A stretch of 63,732 bases of DNA, the filler included, from Collodictyon triciliatum (Eukaryota), in NCBI GenBank assembly GCA_043381765.1. It is 6 parts of 6 records of this genome, joined end to end, with 100 filler letters (N's around TTAATTAATTAA, not from the genome) between each part and the next. Parts side by side here need not be neighbours in the genome. Positions count along the whole stretch, not along the records: positions 1 to 10,594 come from JBHJMP010002627.1; positions 10,695 to 28,144 come from JBHJMP010002628.1; 4 more parts are not named here. The stretch is one strand, 5' to 3'. Below the pieces are notes generated by a model. That model worked only from the letters and a program-made list of their open reading frames with translations, was not told where the DNA came from and searched no databases. The translations under genes and the position numbers were made by a program. Below, piece by piece: positions 1-11,767 of this stretch (the first letter of the stretch is position 1; each line of letters opens with the position of its first letter).

Positions 1-106
1 ACAAACAAACAAACAAACAAACAAACAAACAAACAAACAAACAAACAAACAAACAAACAAACAAACAAACAAACAAACAAACAAACAAACAAACAAACAA
101 ACAAAC
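1..106. repeat. (AAAC)n microsatellite, probably intronic
   Basis: Perfect ACAA tandem; on the minus strand it begins with a GT donor-like site (CCAAG|gtttgt). Confidence 0.95.
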
Positions 107-454
107 CTTGGAAAGTTATTCCCCATGTCTGATGAAGGAGGAGCCCCAGGCGATGGATATAAGATGAGATATCAACTTTATATTTCTTTTTAAAAAAAGT
201 TCATTATTCGTTCTAACGTTGCTAGTACGGCTTTATCTGATATTCTTGTTCATTTAATCGTAAGCCTGAGTGCGAATATCATCAATCAAATCCATGATTT
301 TTGGCCCATCTCCTGGGAAAGTGTGGCGTAGGACATTGGGATTTACTGTCAACAAGGACAACCCAGTTATGCTATGTAGAGCGACTATCTGGCAGGTATC
401 TTCGCTCATACCGATACTGCGAAACCAAGCAGAAACTTGGGATGTTGTCATCAT
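107..454 (-). CDS. SAM (sterile alpha motif) domain protein, 5' exon(s); continues out of the window
   Basis: TTSQVSAWFRSIGM..IVALHSITGLSLLTV..LRHTFPGDGPKIMDLIDDI fits the SAM pattern V..W..IG...I.G..LL....L....G..KI. Downstream splicing is unresolved (possible GC donor at 265). Confidence 0.55.
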
Positions 455-888
455 CTTTAATTCTGAATTATTTTGGAATATGAGTACAATTAATCAATTT
501 TTTATCCTATGGAATCAGGCAATGAGTGTGACAATTTGAAGAGTCTATCCTTAAAGTTTTTATGTATAAAAAAGTGGTAACAGTTGAAACGTTCTCACAG
601 ATTGAGGGACATTATGTCAAATGTCAAAAGTGACATTCAATAAATTTAGAAGCTTATTGATACATATATTAATAATGTTAAAAACTGATATAGATGAAAT
701 AACCTTGAATCCTAACGCTAAAGAAGCCTTCCATCGCGGTTGACGTTACTTGTTCATTTTGGTTTGCTCCATAATTACCTGACAAAAGTTTTTGAATTTG
801 TCATCACCTTTGAAAATGCTATGGCGTAATGTACTTTTTCGATGCGTTAAACCCCTCTTTTATTTTTGAAAAATATCATTTCAATCGA

Positions 889-1764
889 TTAGCTTCTGAA
901 AGGAAACTGACCTTGATGTATATCCCTAGAATCACCTCTCTCAAAGTTTCCGAAACCAGAAGGTAGCACGCTGGTAAAAGCTGGGTTTGCACCCACAACA
1001 TTTTCATTTATCATCGTTCCAGCTACATTCAATTCGATGGGGATCAATTCCCCATTATTTCCATACTGCTGTTGGAACTTTGAATATGAGTGAGTGTCGA
1101 AGCATCTCCGACTCATGTATACGCAAGGTATCGAGAAAAGGCATGCTGCTGCACCTGCTGCAAGAAACCAAATCCCAATCCCGAGATGTATCGTAGACTG
1201 ATGGAAGATTGCTGCTTTGACAACTTCGTAACTAAACAGTCTTGGGTAAAAGTCAGAGATATATTGGATTCCTGAAACCCCATACAATAGGACAGCAGCG
1301 AGCACCAAACATGAAGATAAGAGACTTGCAAATGAACATGCAGTCCAAGAAGCAGCACCATGATGAGTCTTGAAAAAGTAAAAGCCGATTGCGATGGACG
1401 CTATGGAAGAAATAACTGCCCAGCCTCCAATAATCAAGCACCCAAGGCTGGTTCCGTATAGGTGGTTGCACTCCACAGGAATCGGGATAGTTGCGCAGTC
1501 TGCGTAGTAGAATGAAGTCAACTTTGGCCGACGAGGATCAGGCTGGGGAATTCCACCTCGCGGAGACGAAACTTTTCCGCCCAGTAGGTTCCAGCTTGTG
1601 GTCCAACTCCAAGTTTCGTCGCTCTTTTGGTACGCTACTTCAGCGCTGTTGTACGCCCAGTCCTCATGAAGTAAGCCCATGACAATGAGAGCAGCGCCCG
1701 CAAGATTGAGGATGAAAAAAGCGCCCAGTCCGACTCTTTCTTGAATCGAAGCGTTCCGTGGCAT
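889..1764 (-). CDS. Four-transmembrane protein, claudin/PMP22/amastin-like; single exon
   Basis: ORF from MPRNASIQ has four hydrophobic helices, a W after TM1, a WNLLG motif and two Cys in the first loop, then a cytoplasmic tail. Confidence 0.65.
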   Translation of the reverse strand: MPRNASIQERVGLGAFFILNLAGAALIVMGLLHEDWAYNSAEVAYQKSDETWSWTTSWNLLGGKVSSPRGGIPQPDPRRPKLTSFYYADCATIPIPVECNHLYGTSLGCLIIGGWAVISSIASIAIGFYFFKTHHGAASWTACSFASLLSSCLVLAAVLLYGVSGIQYISDFYPRLFSYEVVKAAIFHQSTIHLGIGIWFLAAGAAACLFSIPCVYMSRRCFDTHSYSKFQQQYGNNGELIPIELNVAGTMINENVVGANPAFTSVLPSGFGNFERGDSRDIHQGQFPFRS

Positions 1765-3334
1765 TTGTTTTGTGCCTCTCTTTTTTTCCTTTCCTTTTTT
1801 TTTTTCTAAAAGAATCAGGCAAGAAAAAACGAAAGTGATTAAAGTCCTGGTTTTTCCTTCTCTCAGGCTCTCCTCTTCGCCAGCCCTTTTCCCCACCGAC
1901 TTGATGCTCTCAGGGTGTAGTGTTACTTCTAATTAGTTTGGAATGGTGTGAGTGTGCGGGTGGCCAGTATCATGCGCAACGAGTTTTGTGTCTTTTCTGT
2001 TTCGTCTAATACATGAATGATAAAGCAAAGCTGCGGTAGAGAAAGGAAACTCAGCAAAACACGGGAAAGGATCGTTTCTTCAGACAACGACGTTCCTCTG
2101 TTGGCATTTTGGTATGAATAAAATATGTGCGTATTTGGCAATCCAGAATATAACGCGCTTCTGTCGCGTTCTCGCGGTTGTGAATGAGTCTGCCACGCTG
2201 GGGTGTTGAAAAACAAACAAAAACAAAGACAAAAACAAACAAAAACAGAACCAATAAAGCTGAAAACCATGTTGCTTCGTTGGCGGTATGGCTCCTTCTC
2301 TCCCATATAATACACGGCATCATACAAACAATATATTGATTGCATATCAAGGCATCGGACTATGAATGCTGTCACTTTGTTGTTTGGCGTATTTGTAGGA
2401 AATAATCGGCTATTTGTTTCAAAGTCCAGGTATTGCGCAAAATGTTTCCTTCATGCAGCGTTGATGTCTTCCTCTCTACGCACGCTTAGAGTCTTGGCCA
2501 TCCATATAAATGAATAATGGCAGTATTTTTAATATGTTTTTTTTTTTTTTTTTTAAAAAAAAAGAAAAGATAAACAAATTAATAGAAAAGCAACAACCGG
2601 TATTCATCTGCGACAAGATAGGATACCTTGTTAGGGTTTAACTGTTCGAGAGTAATATGGGACATTCCAAGGAATCGCACCCATTCATCTCTTCACATTT
2701 AATAAGGACAAAAGCTATGACAAGTAACTCCTTGGAATGCATATTCTTATTGTTTTACGTGGTTACCTAGTTCCATTAGATTTACATTTACATATTTATG
2801 TTAACACTTTGACCAATTCCAGTATGCACTATATGGCTTTGGGTGTTCTACCCTTCTGCTGATACTCAATACCATACTCTCATCATTTACTTCGATGATA
2901 CTTCAGCGCATAAAATTATCCAGAATGAAGATTTTGCGAGTCAGTTTCTGAAAAAGCTATGAAAAAAATTAGAAAAAGAAATCCAGTTTTCTGGATTTTC
3001 AATTTAAACCGTCATACAGTCCAGGATATATTAACCAGGAAAAACCATGGTAGTGATCAGCTCACAAACATTATGAGCATTACTCCACTAGACTGCATAC
3101 TGCAGTTATCATATAATCTGTTTTCTCATTTGCCGAAATGCGCTAGTGAAGGCAATTAAGTCATATTCGCATGGAGATACCATATATATTTTCAATGTAA
3201 AGAAGCACTAAATGATAAAATGTCACGACTTTAATCACTTGAGTATAGGGAATCTGATATGTATTTGCACTGAGGAGCGAGAGAGGCATTATCATACAAA
3301 ATGCCTGAAATTAGGTATATGAGCACGCAAGCAC

Positions 3335-6300
3335 CTATGCAAAAGCTGAAACGGTTTCAGGTGGAGATTTGCATGCTTCTGTTGGGTTGAACTGAATCAC
3401 GATGTCTTGGCAAGTTTCTACAATACGACTGGATATCACGTCACAGTGCTCAAAGTCTCCCTGTGATTAGTTTAATTTGTATTGAATATGAAGAGCCTGC
3501 ATGGGTAACTATTCTGCTGTACTTATTAATTATTTGCTAGAATTGTATCTACAAATCTACTGATGAGACAGGACGCCAAACCAGAATTCGAGATATGTGG
3601 ACGAGGGAAATGAAGCCAGCAGGGAATATTTGCAAGAGGAGTGAGCATTTCCCACAAGATGCATCCAAATCGATGCGAATCTAAAATCATGCAACAGACC
3701 GAACAAAATATCAACACATATTTCATGCCATCAAGGTGATCAGCAGGACCATCATTATTTCGCCCCATCAGTAAAATGGAGCAAGATGGAGATAAAGAAA
3801 AAGAACTGCTATCATACCTTTCCGTTCTCTATTAATTGGTGAGGTAATTCGAGGCCAGTCAATACTTCGTCAATGTGTTCTGTTAGATCCTAAGCAAGAT
3901 TGGAGTGGGTGGTGCAAAAGTCTCAAAATCCTTTATCTTCGCACGTGAAATGATGCTTTTTCTTCTTTTCATAAAAAAAAATAATGGAGAATGGATATAG
4001 ATTGCATCTTAAGGACGTTTCATAATATTCAAAATTCAAAACTAGTCCCGCATATTTGCTTTCAATAATATAGAAACAAGGAAAATATAAACCATAATAG
4101 GTAGTCTAGTCATGAAGTGCCCCTTGAATTTCTTCGCTGATTCTGGTATTAGAGGTGGTGGAATTATCATGGGTTGTACAGCCAAGAGAGCTGATCTGTT
4201 GAGAGTTGGGTCCGTGTAAAAGGACGAATGATGCCTGACAAGGTCAGCTTGTCTTGTTCCTAAAGATGTTTCTGTTCTGGCTGAATTTGAAAAGTCAGGG
4301 TGGGATGTACGGTTACTCAAATCTGTGACAGATTGAGACTTCAAGGAGTCAGAAGACCTGTAGAGGTTATATTCCAAACGGGGAAAAAAAAGTCAGCCAT
4401 ATGTATTCGTGTGTATCTAATTTGTAAATTATAGGTGGAGTTTTTTTTATCTTTGGTCTTGAGACAATTCTTCTAAAAAGAGAGACTCAAAGTGGGTAAC
4501 AGACTGATTGAGAAAGAAAAATAAAAGAATGAATTACGGCTCCTTTGATGTTTCATTGCTCCGGCCACTGAGAATGTCAGATGACGATTCGTCGAGCTTT
4601 TCGGCAGTTCCTGAACGAGGAATAGTCTGTCTGTATTAAACAGGTAGCTTGTTTTAGAAAAAATAAAATATTGGCAGTATATCATAATATTGCAGGAAAA
4701 ATGAGATAAATTAACGGCACATCCAATACTGAAAGGAACGTAAGATATACACGTGAAAAAAAAAAGGAGCACATAATCATCAATAGCAAAGCTTTACTTT
4801 TGCATCCAAGCATGTGTCTTCATATCTTCCAACGAAAATCTTTTGCTTGCATCAGTGTTCAAGATTCCAGAAATAAGGTCTTTAAATGAATGAAATTTAA
4901 AATGGTGCCAACCATAGATATTTAAATAAGGAAGTACATATCTAAACAAAATTGAATCAGGGTTCGAAGTGTTGGATGATTCAAACCTTTTGCCTCTGAT
5001 GATACATATGGTGGGACAATAAAATTTCCTTCCTTTATCATGTTTTTCTTTTCTTCGTCATCATGACTCATCCACGGCATCAGTGATTAGAAGTTAAGTC
5101 GCATAAACAGTGCTTTAAGGACACGTGTACATATATTCTAAATAGTTATCCAAAACAAACAAACAAACAAACAAACAAACAAACAAACAAACAAACAAAC
5201 AAACAAACAAACAAACAAACAAACAAACAAACAAACAAACAAACAAGCAAACAAACAAATAAATAAACAAACAAAGGGGAAGGTGAGGATGTTACCAGAG
5301 GTATATCAGTGTGATAAAGGTGAAAATGGTGATAAGTTGTGTGAAAAAAAAAAACAATTAACTTAAATTAAAGGATATTTCCTGTCAGCATGACAAACAA
5401 TATAACACCACATGACCATATATCACATTTTTTGCCGCAATATCTCTCTAGCTTCCTTTCAGCTACAGCAAACATCTAAACATAATCAAATTAGCAAATT
5501 AGATAATTAGCAAATTAGCAAATTAGCAAATTAATTCATGAAACGAGTATCCACGGTATTTTTTTTTATTTAATGGACCTAATTTTGTCTTTCGGTTTCG
5601 GTTTTTGTATTTAAAAAAGTAATCACCTCAGGAGCCATATAGCTAAGAGTCCCATAAGCCACACCGAGAGATGCTTCTCCACCCTTAGTGGTTATACAGC
5701 ATGAAAACCCAAAGTCTGATAACTTGAGATTATCCATTTCATCAAGCAGAAGATTTTCTGGCTTTAAATCACGATGGCAGATGTTCAATCGATGACAAGC
5801 CTCCAGACCTAATAATCGAATGGCAATCTTTACGTATCTTAATTGGGCTATATATAGCATGTAATTGACGATTATATTCTTCTAGAAGGGTTGCCTACCC
5901 GCTAGGAGTTGTGCGAAATATTTTCGTGAGAGGCTCTCCTCTAATCTGCCTCTAGATGCTACAGATTTACATCAAGTTTATTTTCCATAAGGATTACTGC
6001 AAATTCGAGATATTGCAAATACGCTTCAAAATCACCCACCGATTCGATCGAAAAGCTTTCCTCCCTTCATCAGCTCCATAAAAATATACACTTTCTCGGG
6101 TGTGTAGATCTCATCAACATAGGCCACAACATGCTTGGAGTTGATACGTTTCATGGACGCCAGTTCTCTTGCTAGCTCGCTTTTTTGGTGTTTGAAAATG
6201 GATTATAAAAGTGTAAAGCATGAATCAGAATTTAGAAGATAATACTTCATATGTCTGCGCTGGTTGTTTGTATCTTGGTCGGGTGATTGTTTTAACACGA

Positions 6301-6670
6301 GAGAAATAAGAGGGATAATGGAAATAATGAAAATTGCTGGGGGAAAACGGAAATAATATTAATAATAAAAATCAAACGTCTCCATATCATCCGCGACCAA
6401 TTGTCTGCGGTCCACTATCTTCACAGCTACTTCCGCCTTGGTGTCATGTATTATTGCCTTCTTGACCCTGTTCGAGCAGGTCAGGTGTCGTCAGAAAAAA
6501 ATACACTGCGAAAAGAAATATACGACGAAAGAAAGAGGACAAAACATCGTGGAAATGATTGAGACAAAACGAAGAAAGCAATTGCCGTGCTTTGAAAAGC
6601 GGCCTTCGCCAATCACATCCAGAATGCGATACTTGTCCACGGTTTGTTGACGCAACAGGCGGTCTAGCAT
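3335..6670 (-). CDS. CAMK-group Ser/Thr kinase, CIPK/SNF1-like, multi-exon
   Basis: Stitched exons give [67 protein letters not shown]. The C-terminus ([20 protein letters not shown]...LQIF...HISRILGD) resembles the CIPK/KA1 module. Stop at 3335. Confidence 0.9.
5152..5274. repeat. (AAAC)n microsatellite in a kinase intron
   Basis: Tandem AAAC. Confidence 0.95.
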
Positions 6671-6798
6671 TCTCGGTGTCCTATATCTGAAACTGACAGC
6701 CTGTTAGTATTGCACCGCAAGCTTTTCTCACGATAGTTTCTTTGCTGCATACCTTTTAATAAAAATAAAAGAAAATATTAATGATAATATCAATAAAG

Positions 6799-6896
<98 letters not shown>

Positions 6897-7020
6897 AGAA
6901 AAAGAAAAAGAACAAGAAAAAGAACAAGAAAAAGAAAAAGAAAAAGAAAAAGAACAAGAACAAGAAAAAGAAAAAGAAAAAGAAAAAAACAAGAACAAGA
7001 AAAAGAAAAAGAACAAGAAG
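6799..7020. repeat. (AAC)n followed by (GAAAAA/GAACAA)n compound microsatellite
   Basis: Direct reading; lies upstream of the kinase start. Confidence 0.95.
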
Positions 7021-7550
7021 AGGATTACGATAATAAAGCACTTGTTATAAAAGCGGTAAAGGAAAAGTGACCCTGCTGGTGGCACTCCTCACAAGACGCT
7101 AACTTTATAATTAAGTTTTCCTGCGAGACACACGAACAAGGTTGGCCAAACGCGCGGACTCGACGGGCGAACTGCGCTGCCCCGATCTCTCTTGGCCGCT
7201 GTCTTCGTGCCACACTCGCATGTGCAGATCGCAACCCCGAGTTCGCAGAAAAGTCGCTGCTTTTGCACATGTTTGCTGTGGGAACAGATCGTGGGAATAT
7301 CCTTTTTTAGATTAGATCGTCTTTAATTGGAATATATTTCAGTTTTTGTTTCTGCTTCATGTTTGCGCGTGACAGCAGAGAGGAGCGGGCGCTTTCTCCA
7401 ACAGACACGATTTCTTATGGCGGCGATGTGTCGATTGGATGTAAGTCTTTATTATATCAGGTCATAGCTCTCCTTTTTTAAATTGGGGTAGAAATATACT
7501 TCCTTGGTTCATTTTATATGCGGGGGGCCGGAGTCGTGGTGTTTATGGCG

Positions 7551-10315
7551 CTATTGTGGAGTAATTGGAAGCATTCCCTTGACAGACGAATACTCGGTCT
7601 CTAGCATCTGTAACATTTGGTGGGTAATCGATATTGTCGAGGACATCTCCATGACACGGTCTGGATCCAGATATTGTGAGGGTATCTCCTTCAAAAACTC
7701 GAGCGTTTTTTCAAATGACAGTCTAGTCAACTCTCCTGAGAAACACATATATTGATATTTATTTGAGTGAGGCATTTGACATACTTGCCACCTAAAAAAT
7801 ATTTATTTTTGTGACCTTACTTTGAGAGTAAAGTTTATGGGTAATAAAAAATTTTTTTGTATATTTTGTTTTTTGTCGTTTTAAATCGAAGCGCACCTTG
7901 GGCTGTCTTGAGTATACTGATGGCGACCTGGAATAAAGTTGTTCTACCACTGGCAATAAAGCTATCCCATACGCGTAGAGACTGAATGGGTTTGTGTCCA
8001 TCATTAGTTGAAAACATCATTCCATCGGCAGAGCCGAAATGAATCTAGTTGTGGTGTGTGGTCAAGTAATAGATGAACGAACCAAATCAAATGGAAATGT
8101 AATAAGGAATATCCCAATGAACCATTGTGGGCAGAACATGGACGGGTCGACACTGACTTGTCTCTTCATACAAGATTTTGCAGTGAGAATTAACACAAAG
8201 ATAAGATAATGTAATGCTCAGTATTTACATAAAAAATACATATGTGATATTGCCTTCATAGTACATGTCTAAGGTATTAGTATTTTCATTATGATTATGA
8301 TTATCATTGTCATAATTTACTTATGAGCTCTATACCAGGTGATGAAAAACGGATGGAACAAACATTTCTAGCAGCTTGCTAAACTGAAACATGAAAAGAC
8401 CGATGGATGGCAATCCGGGCATATAGAGCCCTCTTACGCGATATATCCCTTTGTCTCGCATAAGCGCCACCAACAAACGAAAGGATTCCTATGAGAGCAT
8501 ATTGTAACCCTGAAACAGCATTTAAGGAAGCAAGAGGAGATGTTAAAATGAAACGTATTCATATGTAATTTTTTTATGCAAATTTGAAAGATCTTATTAT
8601 ATTCGAGATGTAATATTCAAAATATTGAAAGGAAACCTCTTCTGTCATATAAATGAGAAATAAGCCTGTTATGAAACCCATTCCTTGACAGTATCCCAGT
8701 TCTTTGTCATATATGGAATAAGCTTTTAACACATTGAACAGCGAGCTATTTGGTGAATGCATGGTGAGTTTATTATGAAATAATTAATGAGCCAAGCACT
8801 TTTTTATTTATGGATGAACTGGTCAGGCTTAAAATAAATGAAGTAAACAAAACAGAACAAAACAGAACAAAACAGAACAAAACAGAACAAAACAAAACAA
8901 AACAAAACAAAACAAAACAAAACAAAACAAAACAAAACAAAACAAAACAAAACAAAACAAAACAAAACAAAACAAAAAACCGTGAAGAAAATCGATGATG
9001 ATTACATATATCCTTTATATTCAGTGAAAAATGAGTGCGAAGGGAAGGTACGCCGTATATCCCTTTGAATCTCAGCCTCGCAAGGCGAAGCCTTCTGTAC
9101 CAAATCCTAAGTGCAAATGAAGTCATGATTTTAATTAAATTCTTGAGGCAACCATATGGCCTTGCTGTTAACAGATACATGTTTTTGATATCGAAAAAGC
9201 TACGTGCTTACAAAGTATGCAGATGCAAGCTCTCCATCAGGTATGTCTGCTTTCAAAATCATCTGCCATACACGACCACGTAGTTTATCTGGAATACCCT
9301 TTTCAACTCTCCTCAAAACCTGTCAACGGAAAAAAAAGAAAGGAAGAAACGAGAAACAAAGGAAAGTAAAGAAAAGCAAATATAAAACATGAAGATGATG
9401 TCGATAATTATGTTGTGTATCATATATATGGTAAAAAAATCTATTTGTTAAGAACATTGTCACCTTTTCTGGTTTCCTTTCTAAATAGACTTCCCACCTA
9501 GAAATCATTTTTATCCATTTCTTTTCACGTGAGCTCTCCTTTTTGCGTCGTTCCTTTTCCTTCTTTGGATTAGCTCCCGCTGCCTGCCTATAAGCAATTC
9601 AGAGGGGATATGGGTGTTTATTTTTCTTTTCTTTTGGTTTGCTATGTCTCTTGTTTTCTTTATATTTTATTGTGTTTTCCTTTGTTTTGTCTCTTGTTTT
9701 CTTTATGTTTTATTGTGTTTTCCTTTGTTTTTTGCTTTTGTTTTTGTTTTTGTTTTTGTTTTATTGTGTTTTCTTTTTGTTTTTGTCTCTTGTTTTCTTT
9801 ATGTTTTATTGTGTTTTCCTTTGTTTTTTGCTTTTGTTTTTGTTTTTGTTTTATTGTGTTTTCTTTTTGTTTTTGTCTCTTGTTTTCTTTATGTTTTATT
9901 GTGTTTTCCTTGGTTTTTTGCTTTTGCTTTTGTTTTTGTTTTTGCTATTTGCACGATGAAGCTACACAGAAAAGGACTTCATGGGCGTTATAGATGAGAG
10001 CTATCAAGAAGTCGGTTTTTGAAAAAAAGGATAAGGAAAAAGAAAAAGAAAGAAAAAAGAAAGTGATTAACTCGAAAGAAACGGCATGAAAAGAAGACGA
10101 AAAAGAAGCTTGTCGAATTATGGTATTGAGTAGTAAAGATATATTTCCCACGATTTCAACTCGAAGCCGAAGCGATCGTATCTGGGCGACGATAGAGGGG
10201 GTGTTGTGAGAGGCACCGCGGCCGACGTTTCAGGAGCACCAATCGCATCTTCATTTGCAGAACCAGAGGGAAACTTCACGCTGAGTATAGGTGGTGGAAC
10301 CGGACGTCCAGCCAT
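7551..10315 (-). CDS. TBC-domain Rab GTPase-activating protein (TBC1D10/EVI5-like), multi-exon
   Basis: [39 protein letters not shown] (Arg finger), GYCQGMGF (Gln finger), [14 protein letters not shown]. The start may lie further upstream. Confidence 0.92.
8845..8979. repeat. (AAAAC)n microsatellite, intronic
   Basis: Tandem AAAAC/AGAAC. Confidence 0.9.
9630..9945. repeat. T-rich higher-order tandem repeat (about 3 units of roughly 90 nt) in a TBC intron
   Basis: The block 'ttttgtctcttgttttctttatgttttattgtgttttcct' recurs near 9685, 9781 and 9872. Confidence 0.85.
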
Positions 10316-10594
10316 CACTTGCCCAGCCCTATGTGTTAAACATGAGATCATGTTCATAGCGAGCGTATGCTTTTTTTTTCCTTTTTCCTTTTTTCCTTTT
10401 TCCTTTTTCCTTTTTCTTTTTTCTTTTTCTTTTTTCTTTTTCTTTTTCTTTTTCTTTTTCCTGAAGCTCTTCACAAGGCTGAGAAGTCACTCGCGCACCT
10501 TTTTTTTTTGTTTTTTGTTTTTTTGTTTTTTTGTTTTTTTGTTTTTTTGTTTTTTTGTTTTTTTGTTTTTTTGTTTTTTTGTTTTTTGTTTTTT

Positions 10595-10694
10595 NNNNNN
10601 NNNNNNNNNNNNNNNNNNNNNNNNNNNNNNNNNNNNNNTTAATTAATTAANNNNNNNNNNNNNNNNNNNNNNNNNNNNNNNNNNNNNNNNNNNN
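10595..10694. other. Artificial contig linker 44N-TTAATTAATTAA-44N
   Basis: Identical 100-nt cassette occurs five times; the 12-mer gives stops in all six frames. Confidence 0.97.
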
Positions 10695-11767
10695 AGCAAG
10701 AGATTCAAACATTTTCTAACCAAAAAAAAATAAAATAAAAATAATAATCGCAAGGAATAAATCGCATCTAAGGAACTCAATATATATATATATATTTATA
10801 GCATAAGGGGCGATGAAGGTGTGCGACATGATATTTTCAATTTGCATATTTTTTTATAATATATGAACATCAAAATACTTAGGATAATATATTTGATTAG
10901 AGTTGCAAGGAAGTTTCCATTATGCGCCTTTTTAAATAAAAATTAAATTATCATCTTTATAATAAAGACTTTATTTACGAAATTTATGAAGAATGATGAG
11001 TGAGTCAAGATATAAACAAGATGAATAATCACTATGTAAAGATAGATATACATGTATGTCAATTCCATATAATAAAAACTCTGCTTCAATTTTGTCCAAT
11101 ATTGAAAACTTACCAATAAATATTTTCGTACACGCATAAATCTACGAAAGGGCAGGAAACACTTTCTCTGATACTGGTAGTATAATTGCCAGTTTATTCT
11201 CGGATAAAGTTGTTTTTTCCCTGCATCTTTTGTTGGCAAACAGCAACAGAAATGGACAGTACCATAATTTGTGTGCATGCCAGCGCATCATATCCAGACA
11301 CCGTGCAGGTTGCCTTCTGTCCGCCACGTTTCCGAAAATATCACAACCTCGCATCTTTTCCAAGATGCTATTGAAGTTTACAGGATTTACGTGAATAGTG
11401 CACAATACATGCCTTTGTCATCTCGTAAAACTGTCCTGCGCTATTGAGATGCACACAACCCTTCACAGATAATAATGGGCATTTTACTTCATCTGGCGCA
11501 AATCGAAAGGAAGCATGAAAAATGTTGTTTGGAAAAAACCACCATTTTCCACCCATACAACAACCTTCTGCCATGCCTCAAAGTTTGACATTTTATTTTG
11601 CTCTTTCTTTTTTTCATTATATATCTTAACAAAAATCGTATCTGCTAGGAAAATCATTCCAATCAAGCCACACAACCCCCACGCGAAAGAATCAACTACT
11701 GATGCAAACTCACTCTATGCTTCGTGCATGTAAAACAAAGCAAAACACAGCGCAGCCAAAGTTAGGA

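Noticed and set aside
254..256. Stop-codon reassignment (TAA/TAG read as Gln) suggested by short ORFs
   Set aside because: Conserved genes are explained by introns, exons lack in-frame stops, and TAA, TAG and TGA all terminate genes.
6756..7085. Poly-N/L/V, FVCL, TNKQ, MYVC and poly-F/K ORFs here and elsewhere
   Set aside because: Translations of microsatellites, not genes.
9630..9945. CRISPR-like repeat array
   Set aside because: Low-complexity tandem with no unique spacers, inside a eukaryotic intron.
10639..10650. Palindromic TTAATTAATTAA repeated five times as a biological motif
   Set aside because: Always centred in 44N+44N; a synthetic six-frame stop spacer.
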